A DNA stretch of 64,000 bases from an uncultured Acidobacteriota bacterium. GTDB taxonomy: Bacteria > Acidobacteriota > Thermoanaerobaculia > UBA5066 > DATFVB01. A model generated the notes under the pieces. That model made no database searches. It saw only the letters and a program-made list of their open reading frames with translations, and had not been told where the DNA came from. Of the stretch, positions 41,015 through 49,276 are shown piece by piece (position 1 is the stretch's first letter; each line of letters opens with the position of its first letter). Both the position numbers and the translations under genes were made by a program. The stretch is taken from assembly GCA_963813155.1 (NCBI GenBank), contig CAWEYG010000001.1, positions 832,001 through 896,000 on the forward strand. Direction: 5' to 3'.

Positions 41015-43708
41015 CTAGGGGTTCGTCATCTGCCAGATGTCGCCCTGGCTGTCGTCCCTCACGAAGTAGAGGGTCCGGTCGTCCCGCGAAAGGGCGAATG
41101 CGCCGCCCGCCCCGAATCGAAAATCCAGCGGCGCGAGACCCGCCGACTGGCCGACCGGCGTCGTTCGACCGTCCTTCGTGTCCAGCAACGTGAGGCGCCC
41201 TTCGTTCAAGTAGAGCAGCCTGCGGCCGTCGGACAGCCAGAGCGGCGAGACCCCGGCGCGGGTCATCGGAAGGAACTCGCGAGTGCCGAGCGCGTAGGTG
41301 ACGATCCCTGGAACCGCGACCCCATTTGCGTGCCAGATCTCGCCGACGAGCCGCTCGCCGTCGGGAGACCAGTCGTTGGCGAAAAACGTGTCGCCCGCGG
41401 CGTTGACCTTCGGCAGAGGAACGCACGCGGGGGAGCTGGAGTGTTTCGTCATTTCCAGGATGCACGTGTCGGTCGCCGAGAGCACGAGCAGCCGCGAGCC
41501 GTCCGGCGACCAGCGGCCTTCGACGGCGCCGCCGGGCAGCGAGGTCGCGCGCGTCAACTGGCTGCCGTCCGAACGAATCTTCCAGATCTGATAGCCGCCG
41601 CCGTCCCGATTGGAGTGGAACGAGACCCACCGCCCGTCGGGCGACCATCGGGCGCCGCGCCGCCGGTCGCGGTCCGACGTCAGCTGCTGAAGTCCCGACC
41701 CGTCGAGCCCCACGAGAAACAGGTTCTCCGTGGGCTGCGCCGACGTGAACGCGACGGACCGGCCGTCCGGCGACAGGCTCAGGCTCTCGATGCCCTGCGA
41801 CCCCTCGTAAACCCGGTCCGGAGACCCCGTCAGCGCGGCGGCGGCCGGGTCGAACCTCGCTTTTTCCACGGCCATCCGCCGCTCCAGCGCCGCATAGAGG
41901 AGCCGGCGGCCGTCCTTCGACACCGACATTTGCCCGCTCCAGAGCGCGGGAACCGTCAGAGGCTGCGCAGGACCGGTGATCCTCCCCGTCCGCTCCGAGA
42001 TCGGAACGCGCCAGAGCGACGTGGCCCCGGCCCGGTCGCTCGCGAAGTACAGGCTTCGCCCGTCCGGCGCCCAGACCGGGTCCCAGTTGAGGGCGTTGTC
42101 GGAAGTGACTGCCACCGGAGCGGCTCCGCCGGCCGCGATCGTCCAGATCGTGCGGCGGGCCGTGCCCTTCGGCAGGCCCCAGTACGCGATCCGATCCCCG
42201 TGGGGCGACCAGCTCGGCTGGACGGCGTCGTCCGCCGGAAGCCGGTTTCGCTCCCCCGTCGCGACGTTCAGGATCCACAGATCGCTCGACCTCTCCCGGA
42301 TCGACGCGTCGAACACCCCCTCGCTCGCGAAGGCGATCTTCGAACCGTCGGGCGACCACGACGGATTGAAACCGAAGTCCGTGAGGCGCCGAACCGACTC
42401 GCCCGTGGCCCCCATCACGAACAGGCCTCCGCCCTGCCGCTCGGATCGGAACACGATCTGCTCGCCGTCCGGCGAGAACGCGGGTTGATCGTCGTCGAAC
42501 TTGCAGTCCGCGGTCAGGTCGATCGCGTTGCGGCCCCCGATGCGCTGGAGAAAGACGTCCCTGTTTCCGGCCGCCGTGCTCACGAACGCGAATGTCCGCC
42601 CGTCGGGCGACAGGCTCGGAAAGGTCTCGAGCCCCGGCTGGAACGTCAGCTGAGAGAACTCCGTCGAAGGAGGTCCGCCCCGCGCGCCGATCCACCGAAA
42701 GCCGCCGGCGAGCCACGCCATTCCCGCGCCCAGGAGCAGCGCCGCGGCGATCGCGAGCCACGCGGGAAACTTGCGGCTCGCGCCCGCCTCCGCCGGCGCA
42801 GCGAGGGAAGCCGCCGGGGACGCCGAATGTTCGGGAGGCATCGCCTCCGCCAGGTGGTCCCGCAGCATGGCGATGTCCCGGGCAAGGTCGTCGGTCGAGA
42901 CGTAGCGCCCGTCCGGCAGCTTGCTCAAGCATCGCGCGACGATCCACCGGAGGGCCGTCGGCACGGACGCGTCGTCCGGCGAAATCGGCTGGGGCCCGTC
43001 GTGAAGGATCGAGGCGAGCGTGTCGACCGCCGTCTCCTTTTGAAACGCGCGCCGGCCGGTTGCCATCTCGTAGAGGATCGCGCCGAAAGAGAACTGATCG
43101 GAGCGGTGGTCGGCCGACTCCATCTTGGCCTGTTCGGGCGACATGTAGCCGACCGTGCCGACGATCATTCCCGGCTCGGTCGGAAAGACGACCCGCACGG
43201 TGGGGGACCGGGCCGCGAGCGGTTTCTCCGGCGCGAGCTTCGCGATTCCAAAATCGAGGATCTTCACCTGGTCGTCGCGCGCGACCATGACGTTCTCCGG
43301 CTTCAGGTCGCGGTGAAAAATGCCCGCGTCGTGCGCGCACGCCATCCCCTGAGCGATCCCCGAGGCGATCTTCAGGAGGCGGCGAATCGGCAGCGGACCG
43401 GCGCCGAGAATCTCGCGCAGGCTCTTGCCGTCGATCAGCTCCATGGCGAAAAAAAACGAACCCTCGTCGCGCCCGATGTCGTAGATGGTGACGATGTTCG
43501 GGTGGTTCAGGGCCGAGGCGGACCGCGCCTCCTGCTCGAAGCGGGCGAGGACCCAGCCGTCCTGCGAGAACGTCGCGCGAAGGACCTTGAGCGCGACGCG
43601 CCGCCCGAGCCGGCGGTCCTCGGCGCGGTACACCTGCCCCATCGCGCCCTCGCCGACCGGGTCGAGGACTTCGTAGTGCCCAAGGCGCGTTCCCGAAGGG
43701 AGGCTCAC
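41015..43708 (-). CDS. STK7: Ser/Thr kinase + TM + PD40 propeller (type C)
   Basis: Intact 897 aa ORF; [11 protein letters not shown]; QLTFQPGLETFPSLSPDG. Confidence 0.93.
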   Translation of the reverse strand: MSLPSGTRLGHYEVLDPVGEGAMGQVYRAEDRRLGRRVALKVLRATFSQDGWVLARFEQEARSASALNHPNIVTIYDIGRDEGSFFFAMELIDGKSLREILGAGPLPIRRLLKIASGIAQGMACAHDAGIFHRDLKPENVMVARDDQVKILDFGIAKLAPEKPLAARSPTVRVVFPTEPGMIVGTVGYMSPEQAKMESADHRSDQFSFGAILYEMATGRRAFQKETAVDTLASILHDGPQPISPDDASVPTALRWIVARCLSKLPDGRYVSTDDLARDIAMLRDHLAEAMPPEHSASPAASLAAPAEAGASRKFPAWLAIAAALLLGAGMAWLAGGFRWIGARGGPPSTEFSQLTFQPGLETFPSLSPDGRTFAFVSTAAGNRDVFLQRIGGRNAIDLTADCKFDDDQPAFSPDGEQIVFRSERQGGGLFVMGATGESVRRLTDFGFNPSWSPDGSKIAFASEGVFDASIRERSSDLWILNVATGERNRLPADDAVQPSWSPHGDRIAYWGLPKGTARRTIWTIAAGGAAPVAVTSDNALNWDPVWAPDGRSLYFASDRAGATSLWRVPISERTGRITGPAQPLTVPALWSGQMSVSKDGRRLLYAALERRMAVEKARFDPAAAALTGSPDRVYEGSQGIESLSLSPDGRSVAFTSAQPTENLFLVGLDGSGLQQLTSDRDRRRGARWSPDGRWVSFHSNRDGGGYQIWKIRSDGSQLTRATSLPGGAVEGRWSPDGSRLLVLSATDTCILEMTKHSSSPACVPLPKVNAAGDTFFANDWSPDGERLVGEIWHANGVAVPGIVTYALGTREFLPMTRAGVSPLWLSDGRRLLYLNEGRLTLLDTKDGRTTPVGQSAGLAPLDFRFGAGGAFALSRDDRTLYFVRDDSQGDIWQMTNP

Positions 43709-43739
43709 CGATTTCTCCAGTGGGGCGATTCTACGCTTC

Positions 43740-45059
43740 TCAGTCTCCCCCGCGGGCGCTCTCGTAGGCGACGCCGTCCTCGGTCAGGCCGATGAGCCTC
43801 GTCGCCCGGCCGCTCGAACCGATCTCGAAGCGAAGCCGGAACGTCTCCTCTCCCTCGAGTCCGAACGTGGAACCGAAGAGAGGAACGAGGCGGGTCGGCG
43901 CGAGGTCCCGGTAGCGGATCGAGAGCGTGTTGCCCTCGCGGCGCACGGTCCTCGGGCCATAGCTCCCGACGTATCGATCGGCCTGCTCGGCCGACAGTGT
44001 CGCGGGTTGCAGGCGCGCCTCGACCGAGGTCCTCGCCCAGTCGAGCTGCGCCTTCTGCCGAGGATCCGAGGCAGAGGAAGAAAGGGCGGCCAGCGCCCGG
44101 CCGTACGCGACGTCGCGCGCGGACGCTTCCGGAGAGGCGACGTCGGGCGCGACGCCCGAGCCTTCCCAGTTCGTCTTCGTGACGGGATTCACCGACCGGG
44201 CCGTCGGAACGAACACCTGGAACGGACCTCCGAGCGGAAAGAAATCACCCGGATTCGCTCCTCCCCCCGTGCGCTCGCCGACGATCGTCGCCCTTTTCAG
44301 GGCTTGCAGGTCGTAGGCGAACTCCTCCGCGGCGGAGAACGTGCGACGGCTCGTCAGCACGAAAACCGGGATACGGGTCAGCTTCTTTCCGCGGACGACC
44401 TCGTTCGTCCAGAACTGCTCGATGTTCGCCGAACCGCTTTGGCCGCGGGACTCCCTGTCGTTCAGGTGCGTCCGGGTTTCGAAGAGGTACGACGCGAGGA
44501 AGCCGATCATCGCGCCGTCTCCCCCTCCGTTGTTCCGCAGGTCGAAGATCAGCGCGTCGCAGTTCGCGATCAGGTTCATCGCGGCGACCGCCGTGTCGCC
44601 GCCCATGCCCGGGTCGTCGAAGGAGCGCAGGTCGATGTACCCGACGTTTCCTTCGAGCCGAGCGGCCGTCTCGAAACCGAAGTTGTTCCGGCGTTGATTT
44701 TCGCGGTCGCGCCGCTCCCGGTCTCCGTCGTCCGCCGGAGGCTTCGCCGAGATCCATTGAACGACGAGGTGGCGGTCCCCCGCGACGCCCTGCATGTCGC
44801 GCGTGATGGCCTGTGCGAAATCCGAATCGCTCCGCTCGCGGGAATACGCGCCCGATTCCTTTTTCGCGAGAATCGTCTCCGCCGCTTTCGCTCCCTTCTC
44901 CGCGAAGACGTACTTCTCGCGGAGCAGGCTCGCGAGCCTGTCGACGGCGGCTTCCCGCACCGAAGCGGACGCGCCCTCCGGCGCCTGCGCCCGCGCGGCC
45001 GAAGCCGTTGAGAACAGGAGCGCGCATCCCAGGGCAAACCGGTTTCGCCTTCGACTCAT
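43740..45059 (-). CDS. S41 family peptidase, secreted
   Basis: NVGYIDLRSF, DLRNNGGG, TFSAAEEFAY, IVGERTGGGA, NWEGSGVAPD. Confidence 0.9.
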   Translation of the reverse strand: MSRRRNRFALGCALLFSTASAARAQAPEGASASVREAAVDRLASLLREKYVFAEKGAKAAETILAKKESGAYSRERSDSDFAQAITRDMQGVAGDRHLVVQWISAKPPADDGDRERRDRENQRRNNFGFETAARLEGNVGYIDLRSFDDPGMGGDTAVAAMNLIANCDALIFDLRNNGGGDGAMIGFLASYLFETRTHLNDRESRGQSGSANIEQFWTNEVVRGKKLTRIPVFVLTSRRTFSAAEEFAYDLQALKRATIVGERTGGGANPGDFFPLGGPFQVFVPTARSVNPVTKTNWEGSGVAPDVASPEASARDVAYGRALAALSSSASDPRQKAQLDWARTSVEARLQPATLSAEQADRYVGSYGPRTVRREGNTLSIRYRDLAPTRLVPLFGSTFGLEGEETFRLRFEIGSSGRATRLIGLTEDGVAYESARGGD

Positions 45060-45170
45060 GGGGCCTCCCCAGGCGACGGTACGAGAGGGCGGGAGGATTC
45101 GCTATCGAATTGTTGCAGCCCGCGGGAACAATTCCGCCTCCCCTGCGTAGGGTGTGCTGGAGGTACTTCG

Positions 45171-45743
45171 ATGCGCAGAGCCTTTCTCTTCCTCGGCGCG
45201 TTCCTGCTCGCGGCGGCGGCCCTCGCCCAACCGAGCCCCTTTTCCGCCGACTTCGCCTCTGGCGGCAAGCTGCGAATCCACGCCCGCTCCGGCGAGGTTC
45301 ACATCGTCGGCACCGACCAGAACAAGATCTCCGTCGAGGTGAGCGGCAAGAAAGCGAACCAGGCGGGCGACCTCCAGGTTCGGATGAAGGAGAAGGGCGG
45401 CGCGACGGAGCTCCGCGTCTCCGGCGGCCCCAAAAATGAAATCACCCTGACGATCCGAATCCCGCGCGACACCGACCTCTACGCGCGCATCCCGTTCGGG
45501 GAGGTTCACGTCGAAAACGTCCTCGGCAACAAGGACATCGAAATGCACGCCGGCGACCTCACGGTCGCCGTGGGAGCCGCGGCCGCGTACGCGCGCGTCG
45601 ACGCGTCGGTCTACACCGGAGAACTGGACGGCGCGGCCTTCGGCGAGGAGCACGGCGGCCTGTTCCGCTCGTTCAAGAAGAGCGGAAGCGGCAAGTACCG
45701 CCTGCACGCGCACGTGGGGGCGGGGCAGCTGACCCTGGAGTAG
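45171..45743 (+). CDS. Secreted beta-strand repeat protein (DUF4097/adhesin-like)
   Basis: Signal peptide, RBS GGAGG, short beta repeats (G.V.I). Confidence 0.7.
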   Translation: MRRAFLFLGAFLLAAAALAQPSPFSADFASGGKLRIHARSGEVHIVGTDQNKISVEVSGKKANQAGDLQVRMKEKGGATELRVSGGPKNEITLTIRIPRDTDLYARIPFGEVHVENVLGNKDIEMHAGDLTVAVGAAAAYARVDASVYTGELDGAAFGEEHGGLFRSFKKSGSGKYRLHAHVGAGQLTLE

Positions 45744-45772
45744 AGTTCGATTCGATCTGGTATGATCCTGGT

Positions 45773-46036
45773 ATGAGATCGCATACCAAATCCAGCATTA
45801 CGCTGCCGCCGGCGGAATTGAAGCTCGTCGTCTCTCTCCAGGCGAAGCTCAAGGCGAAGACGAAAGTCGAGGTCGTGAGGCGGGGACTGCAGATGCTGCA
45901 GGACGAGACGGACCGCGAAAGCCTGCGGGACGCTTACCGGAAGGCCTCGCTCGCGACGCGCGCTTCGCTCGCCGACGAGTTGCCCGAGCTCGACCATCTC
46001 GCCTCTGAAGGGCTCGAAGGGCTCGACGAGTCGTGA
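45773..46036 (+). CDS. Putative type II antitoxin (ribbon-helix-helix-like)
   Basis: KSSITLP..EVVRRGL with acidic tail; 4-bp overlap with the toxin; upstream CTGGTATGA direct repeat containing a TATGAT -10. Confidence 0.75.
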   Translation: MRSHTKSSITLPPAELKLVVSLQAKLKAKTKVEVVRRGLQMLQDETDRESLRDAYRKASLATRASLADELPELDHLASEGLEGLDES

Positions 46037-46374
46037 AGGTCGAGCGCGGAACGCTCTACCTGGCAGACCTGAGCCCCCGCCTCGGTACAGAGGCCGGCAA
46101 AATCCGCCCGGTCCTCGTCATCCAAACCGACCTTCTCAACGTCGTCGGCCATCCCTCGACCTGGGTTCTGCCGTGCACGACGCGGCTCGCCGGCGACAAC
46201 ATCCTCCGTGTCTCGCTGCCCCGCCGGATCGCCGGTAACCGAGAGGACTGCGAAATCATGATCGACCAGAGCCGCGCGATCGACAACCGACGCTTCGTCC
46301 GCCACTTGAAGCCGCTGCCCGCCCTGATCCTTCGCGAAGTGGAAGAAAAGCTCCGCCATCTCGCGGAGATCTGA
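46033..46374 (+). CDS. PemK/MazF family toxin
   Basis: RG..Y.ADL.P..G.E.GKIRPVLVIQ and DQ.RAID..R motifs. Confidence 0.9.
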   Translation: MKVERGTLYLADLSPRLGTEAGKIRPVLVIQTDLLNVVGHPSTWVLPCTTRLAGDNILRVSLPRRIAGNREDCEIMIDQSRAIDNRRFVRHLKPLPALILREVEEKLRHLAEI

Positions 46375-46388
46375 GGAAGCCGGATCGA

Positions 46389-46419
46389 CAAAGAAAAGGG
46401 CCGGCCCCGCGGCCGGCCC
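46389..46419 (-). terminator. Intrinsic terminator
   Basis: GGGCCGGCC-4nt-GGCCGGCCC followed by a T-tract on the minus strand. Confidence 0.7.
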
Positions 46420-46442
46420 GAGATCTCCACCGGCGGGCGGGT

Positions 46443-46784
46443 TTACATCTTTTTCTTGTCCGACATCACGGTGACGGATTTCGCCATCATCTTGCCGTCC
46501 TTCATGTCGCACTTGACGCTGGCCATGGCGCCTTCCTTCATCTCGCCGGTGACTTTCGTGGAGTCGTCCCAGTAGCAGGTGGATTCCTTGCCCTTGGCAT
46601 CCTTCATCATCATCATCTTGCCGGCCTTGTCCATCTTCGTGATGGTTCCCTTGCAGGCGACCATGTTCGAAGCCGCCATCTTGTCGTCCTTTTTCATCGA
46701 GCCGGACTTCATGGCGTCGTCGGCAAGGGCGACCGCGCCGGTACACAGGAGAGCCGAGAGGGCGAGTGTTGCGAGTCGTTTCAA
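46443..46784 (-). CDS. Small secreted Met/Lys-rich protein, possible metal-binding OB-fold
   Basis: TTG start after GGAGGA; signal LKRLATLALSALLCTGAVALA; MKKDDKM, KMMMMKD, DMKDGKMMAK. Confidence 0.75.
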   Translation of the reverse strand: MKRLATLALSALLCTGAVALADDAMKSGSMKKDDKMAASNMVACKGTITKMDKAGKMMMMKDAKGKESTCYWDDSTKVTGEMKEGAMASVKCDMKDGKMMAKSVTVMSDKKKM

Positions 46785-46882
46785 GGGAGTCCTCCTTCGG
46801 TTGTCGCCGCGCGGGATGCGCGGAGACTCGTATCGAAGGATTCTACGGCGGATCGGGAAAAACGGATGGGCCGACCCGGCGG

Positions 46883-48172
46883 TCAGCCGGCCGGAACCGA
46901 GTAGATCGCCGGCTCTTCGAGCTTCTCGGCGTCCGGGGCGCCGGACTTTTCGTCGAACCGGCTCCACTGGGCGTTGCCAATGAAATAGAAGCGGCCCTTC
47001 GCGACGACGCCGAGCGTCGGCTCGGAAATGCGCGGGTCGTTCCACTCGAGCGTCTCGGAGCCGACGATCTTCTCGGCCCCCCGCGTCGAGCTTCAGGCGC
47101 ACGACGCGGTTCGGCCGGGCGAGGTTCTGGGTCACGAAAAGCGAATCGCCCGAGCGGTCCAGACCGTCGAGGCCGGTGAGAAAAATCGAATCCGGCGCGT
47201 CGACGTCCTCGACCTTTTTCGTCGCGATGTCGACCCGCGAAATCCCGCTCCCGTAATCCGCGACGAGCAGCGCTTTCCCGTCCCGCGTCAACGCCATCCC
47301 CTGCGGAGACCGGAACGTCCCCGGCGGCACGAAGACTTCCGCAGCGTCGGCCCCGGAAGAAATCCGGTAGATCGCGGAATCGACGCTGTCCGAGACGAAG
47401 ACTCCTCCCGCGCCGTCGAGCGCGAGGTCGTTGCGCGACGTGCGGGCCCGGCCCCCGGGAGGTCGACGCGGCGCAGGAGCTTGCCGGTCTTCAGGTCATA
47501 CACGTCGACACGCGACTTTCCTTCGAGTGCGCTCTCGAACCCCTGCATCTGGGGAATGGCCGCGGTCGCAGCCCAGAGAACGCGGCGTTCCGGGTCGACC
47601 CGCAGGGCGAGGACGCCCCATGCGCCCGCGCTCGCGTCGACGAAATCCGAAACCGATCCGTCGGGCCGGCGGCGTAGGATCTTTCGGCGGTGGACGCTGC
47701 TGACGAAGAAATCGCCGGCGGCCGGATCGAAGGCGATCCCCTCCGTCAGCAGGTCCTTCTCGCGCAGCTTGAACTCGAGGCGGGCGCGGGCGACGGCAGG
47801 TCTCGCGGACATCTTCGCGAGCGCGGCTTTCACGGCGGCGTACTCCGGCGAGGACCGGAGCGCCGCGAGCTCTCCGCTCTCCTCGACGCCGAAGTCGATG
47901 CCGCGATCGAGCAGGTGGACGAGCGCCGCGGCCGACTCGCGGAACCGTCCCGTCCGCGACGCGGCGAACGCGACGTTGAGCTCGAACGAAGCGCGGCCGG
48001 GACGAAGGACGAGCGCCTCGCTCGATTTTCGGTATGCGGTTTCGTAGTCCTTCGCGCGGTACGCCGCCCGCGCCTCGTCGGCCAGCGACCGGGCCGAGGA
48101 CCCGGGAGCCGCGGCAGCCAGGACGGCAAGGAGCGTGGAAAGAAGAATCGACGCGGGAAGGAAAGTCTTCAT
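46883..48172 (-). CDS. Secreted TPR + SMP-30/gluconolactonase-like propeller; frameshifts ~47435 and ~47075
   Basis: Signal peptide; EGIAFDP..FFVSSV, SPQGMAL..LLVADY, GLDGL, EPTLGVV; stop at 46883 after frame repair. Confidence 0.75.
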
Positions 48173-48260
48173 CGGGAGATTCTAGCCGCGGGGCGCTCGA
48201 CCGGCTGTCGGCTTCCTGCTCCGAGCGGATCGCCGGCCGAGCCCCCTTTACCGAGCCGCT

Positions 48261-48773
48261 TCAGGCGGCCTTCTGCTCCCGCGTCGGGGCGGCGGCCCGG
48301 CGAAGCACGAGCGGGCCCGCGCCCAGGAGCAGCCCGGTCGCGAGCGAGGCGAATCCCCATCCCGCGCCCGACCCGAAGATCCCGAGAGCGCTGTCGAGCG
48401 AGAGCGCGCCGGGGCCCGCGAACGCAACCGCCACAGCGGACGCGGCGAGAACCAGCGGGTATTCGTAGCCGCCGCTCGGGTTGAAGAAGCCCTTTGCGAG
48501 GTGCACGCTGACGACCGCGACGAGCATCACCGCGACGATCGCCGCCGCCGCGAGCGGAGTCCCGAACCCGGCGGCGAGCAGCAGTCCGCCTCCCGCCTCG
48601 GCGAGACCCGAGAGAACCGCCTGCACGCGCCCCGGCCGGAATCCGAGCTGTTCCAGAAACGAGCCCGTCCCGGCGAGGCCGTACCCGCCGAACCACCCGA
48701 AGAGCTTCTGGCTTCCGTGGGCGGCCAGCGTCAGGCCGACGACCGTGCGCAAAACCAAAATTCCGAGATCCAT
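48261..48773 (-). CDS. DoxX family membrane protein
   Basis: AHGSQKLFGWFGG, EAGGGLLL, GGYEYPLVL. Confidence 0.9.
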   Translation of the reverse strand: MDLGILVLRTVVGLTLAAHGSQKLFGWFGGYGLAGTGSFLEQLGFRPGRVQAVLSGLAEAGGGLLLAAGFGTPLAAAAIVAVMLVAVVSVHLAKGFFNPSGGYEYPLVLAASAVAVAFAGPGALSLDSALGIFGSGAGWGFASLATGLLLGAGPLVLRRAAAPTREQKAA

Positions 48774-48895
48774 GTTTACCTCCTGCAGCTATCTATTGGA
48801 TATCTGCTGTCATTTCGATAGTGATATTGCCAAACTCGCTTCCCTTTGTCAAGCACCTTCCCAACGGGAAGCATAAGTGATAGGATGCCAAGGAG

Positions 48896-49276
48896 ATGGG
48901 AAAACGGATCGACCCCCAGTGCCGCGCGTTCCAGAGCGCAATCCAGGTCCTCAGCCGCCCGTGGAACGGGCTCATCCTCGGCCTGCTGCAGGGAGGGTCG
49001 CTGCGTTTCAGCGAGCTCGAGGAGCTCTCGCACGGCCTCGGACCCAAGACCCTCTCCGGCCGCCTGAAGGCGCTCGAAGTGCGCGGGCTGATCGCGCGGT
49101 CGATCGAGCCGGGCCCCCCCGTCCGCGTGTCCTACACCCTGACCGCAAAAGGCCAGGCTTTCGAGAAAGTCACCGAGGCGATCGAACGATGGGGACGGGA
49201 CCTCGTCGCCGACGAGGTCGCCGCGGCTCCCGTCCTCAGTGCTCCAGCTGCGCGGTCCAATTCAAGACGACGGTGA
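48896..49276 (+). CDS. HxlR family winged-helix regulator
   Basis: C..FQSAIQVLSRPW, LRFSEL, LSGRLKALE, PPVRVSYTLT; divergent from DoxX. Confidence 0.9.
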   Translation: MGKRIDPQCRAFQSAIQVLSRPWNGLILGLLQGGSLRFSELEELSHGLGPKTLSGRLKALEVRGLIARSIEPGPPVRVSYTLTAKGQAFEKVTEAIERWGRDLVADEVAAAPVLSAPAARSNSRRR

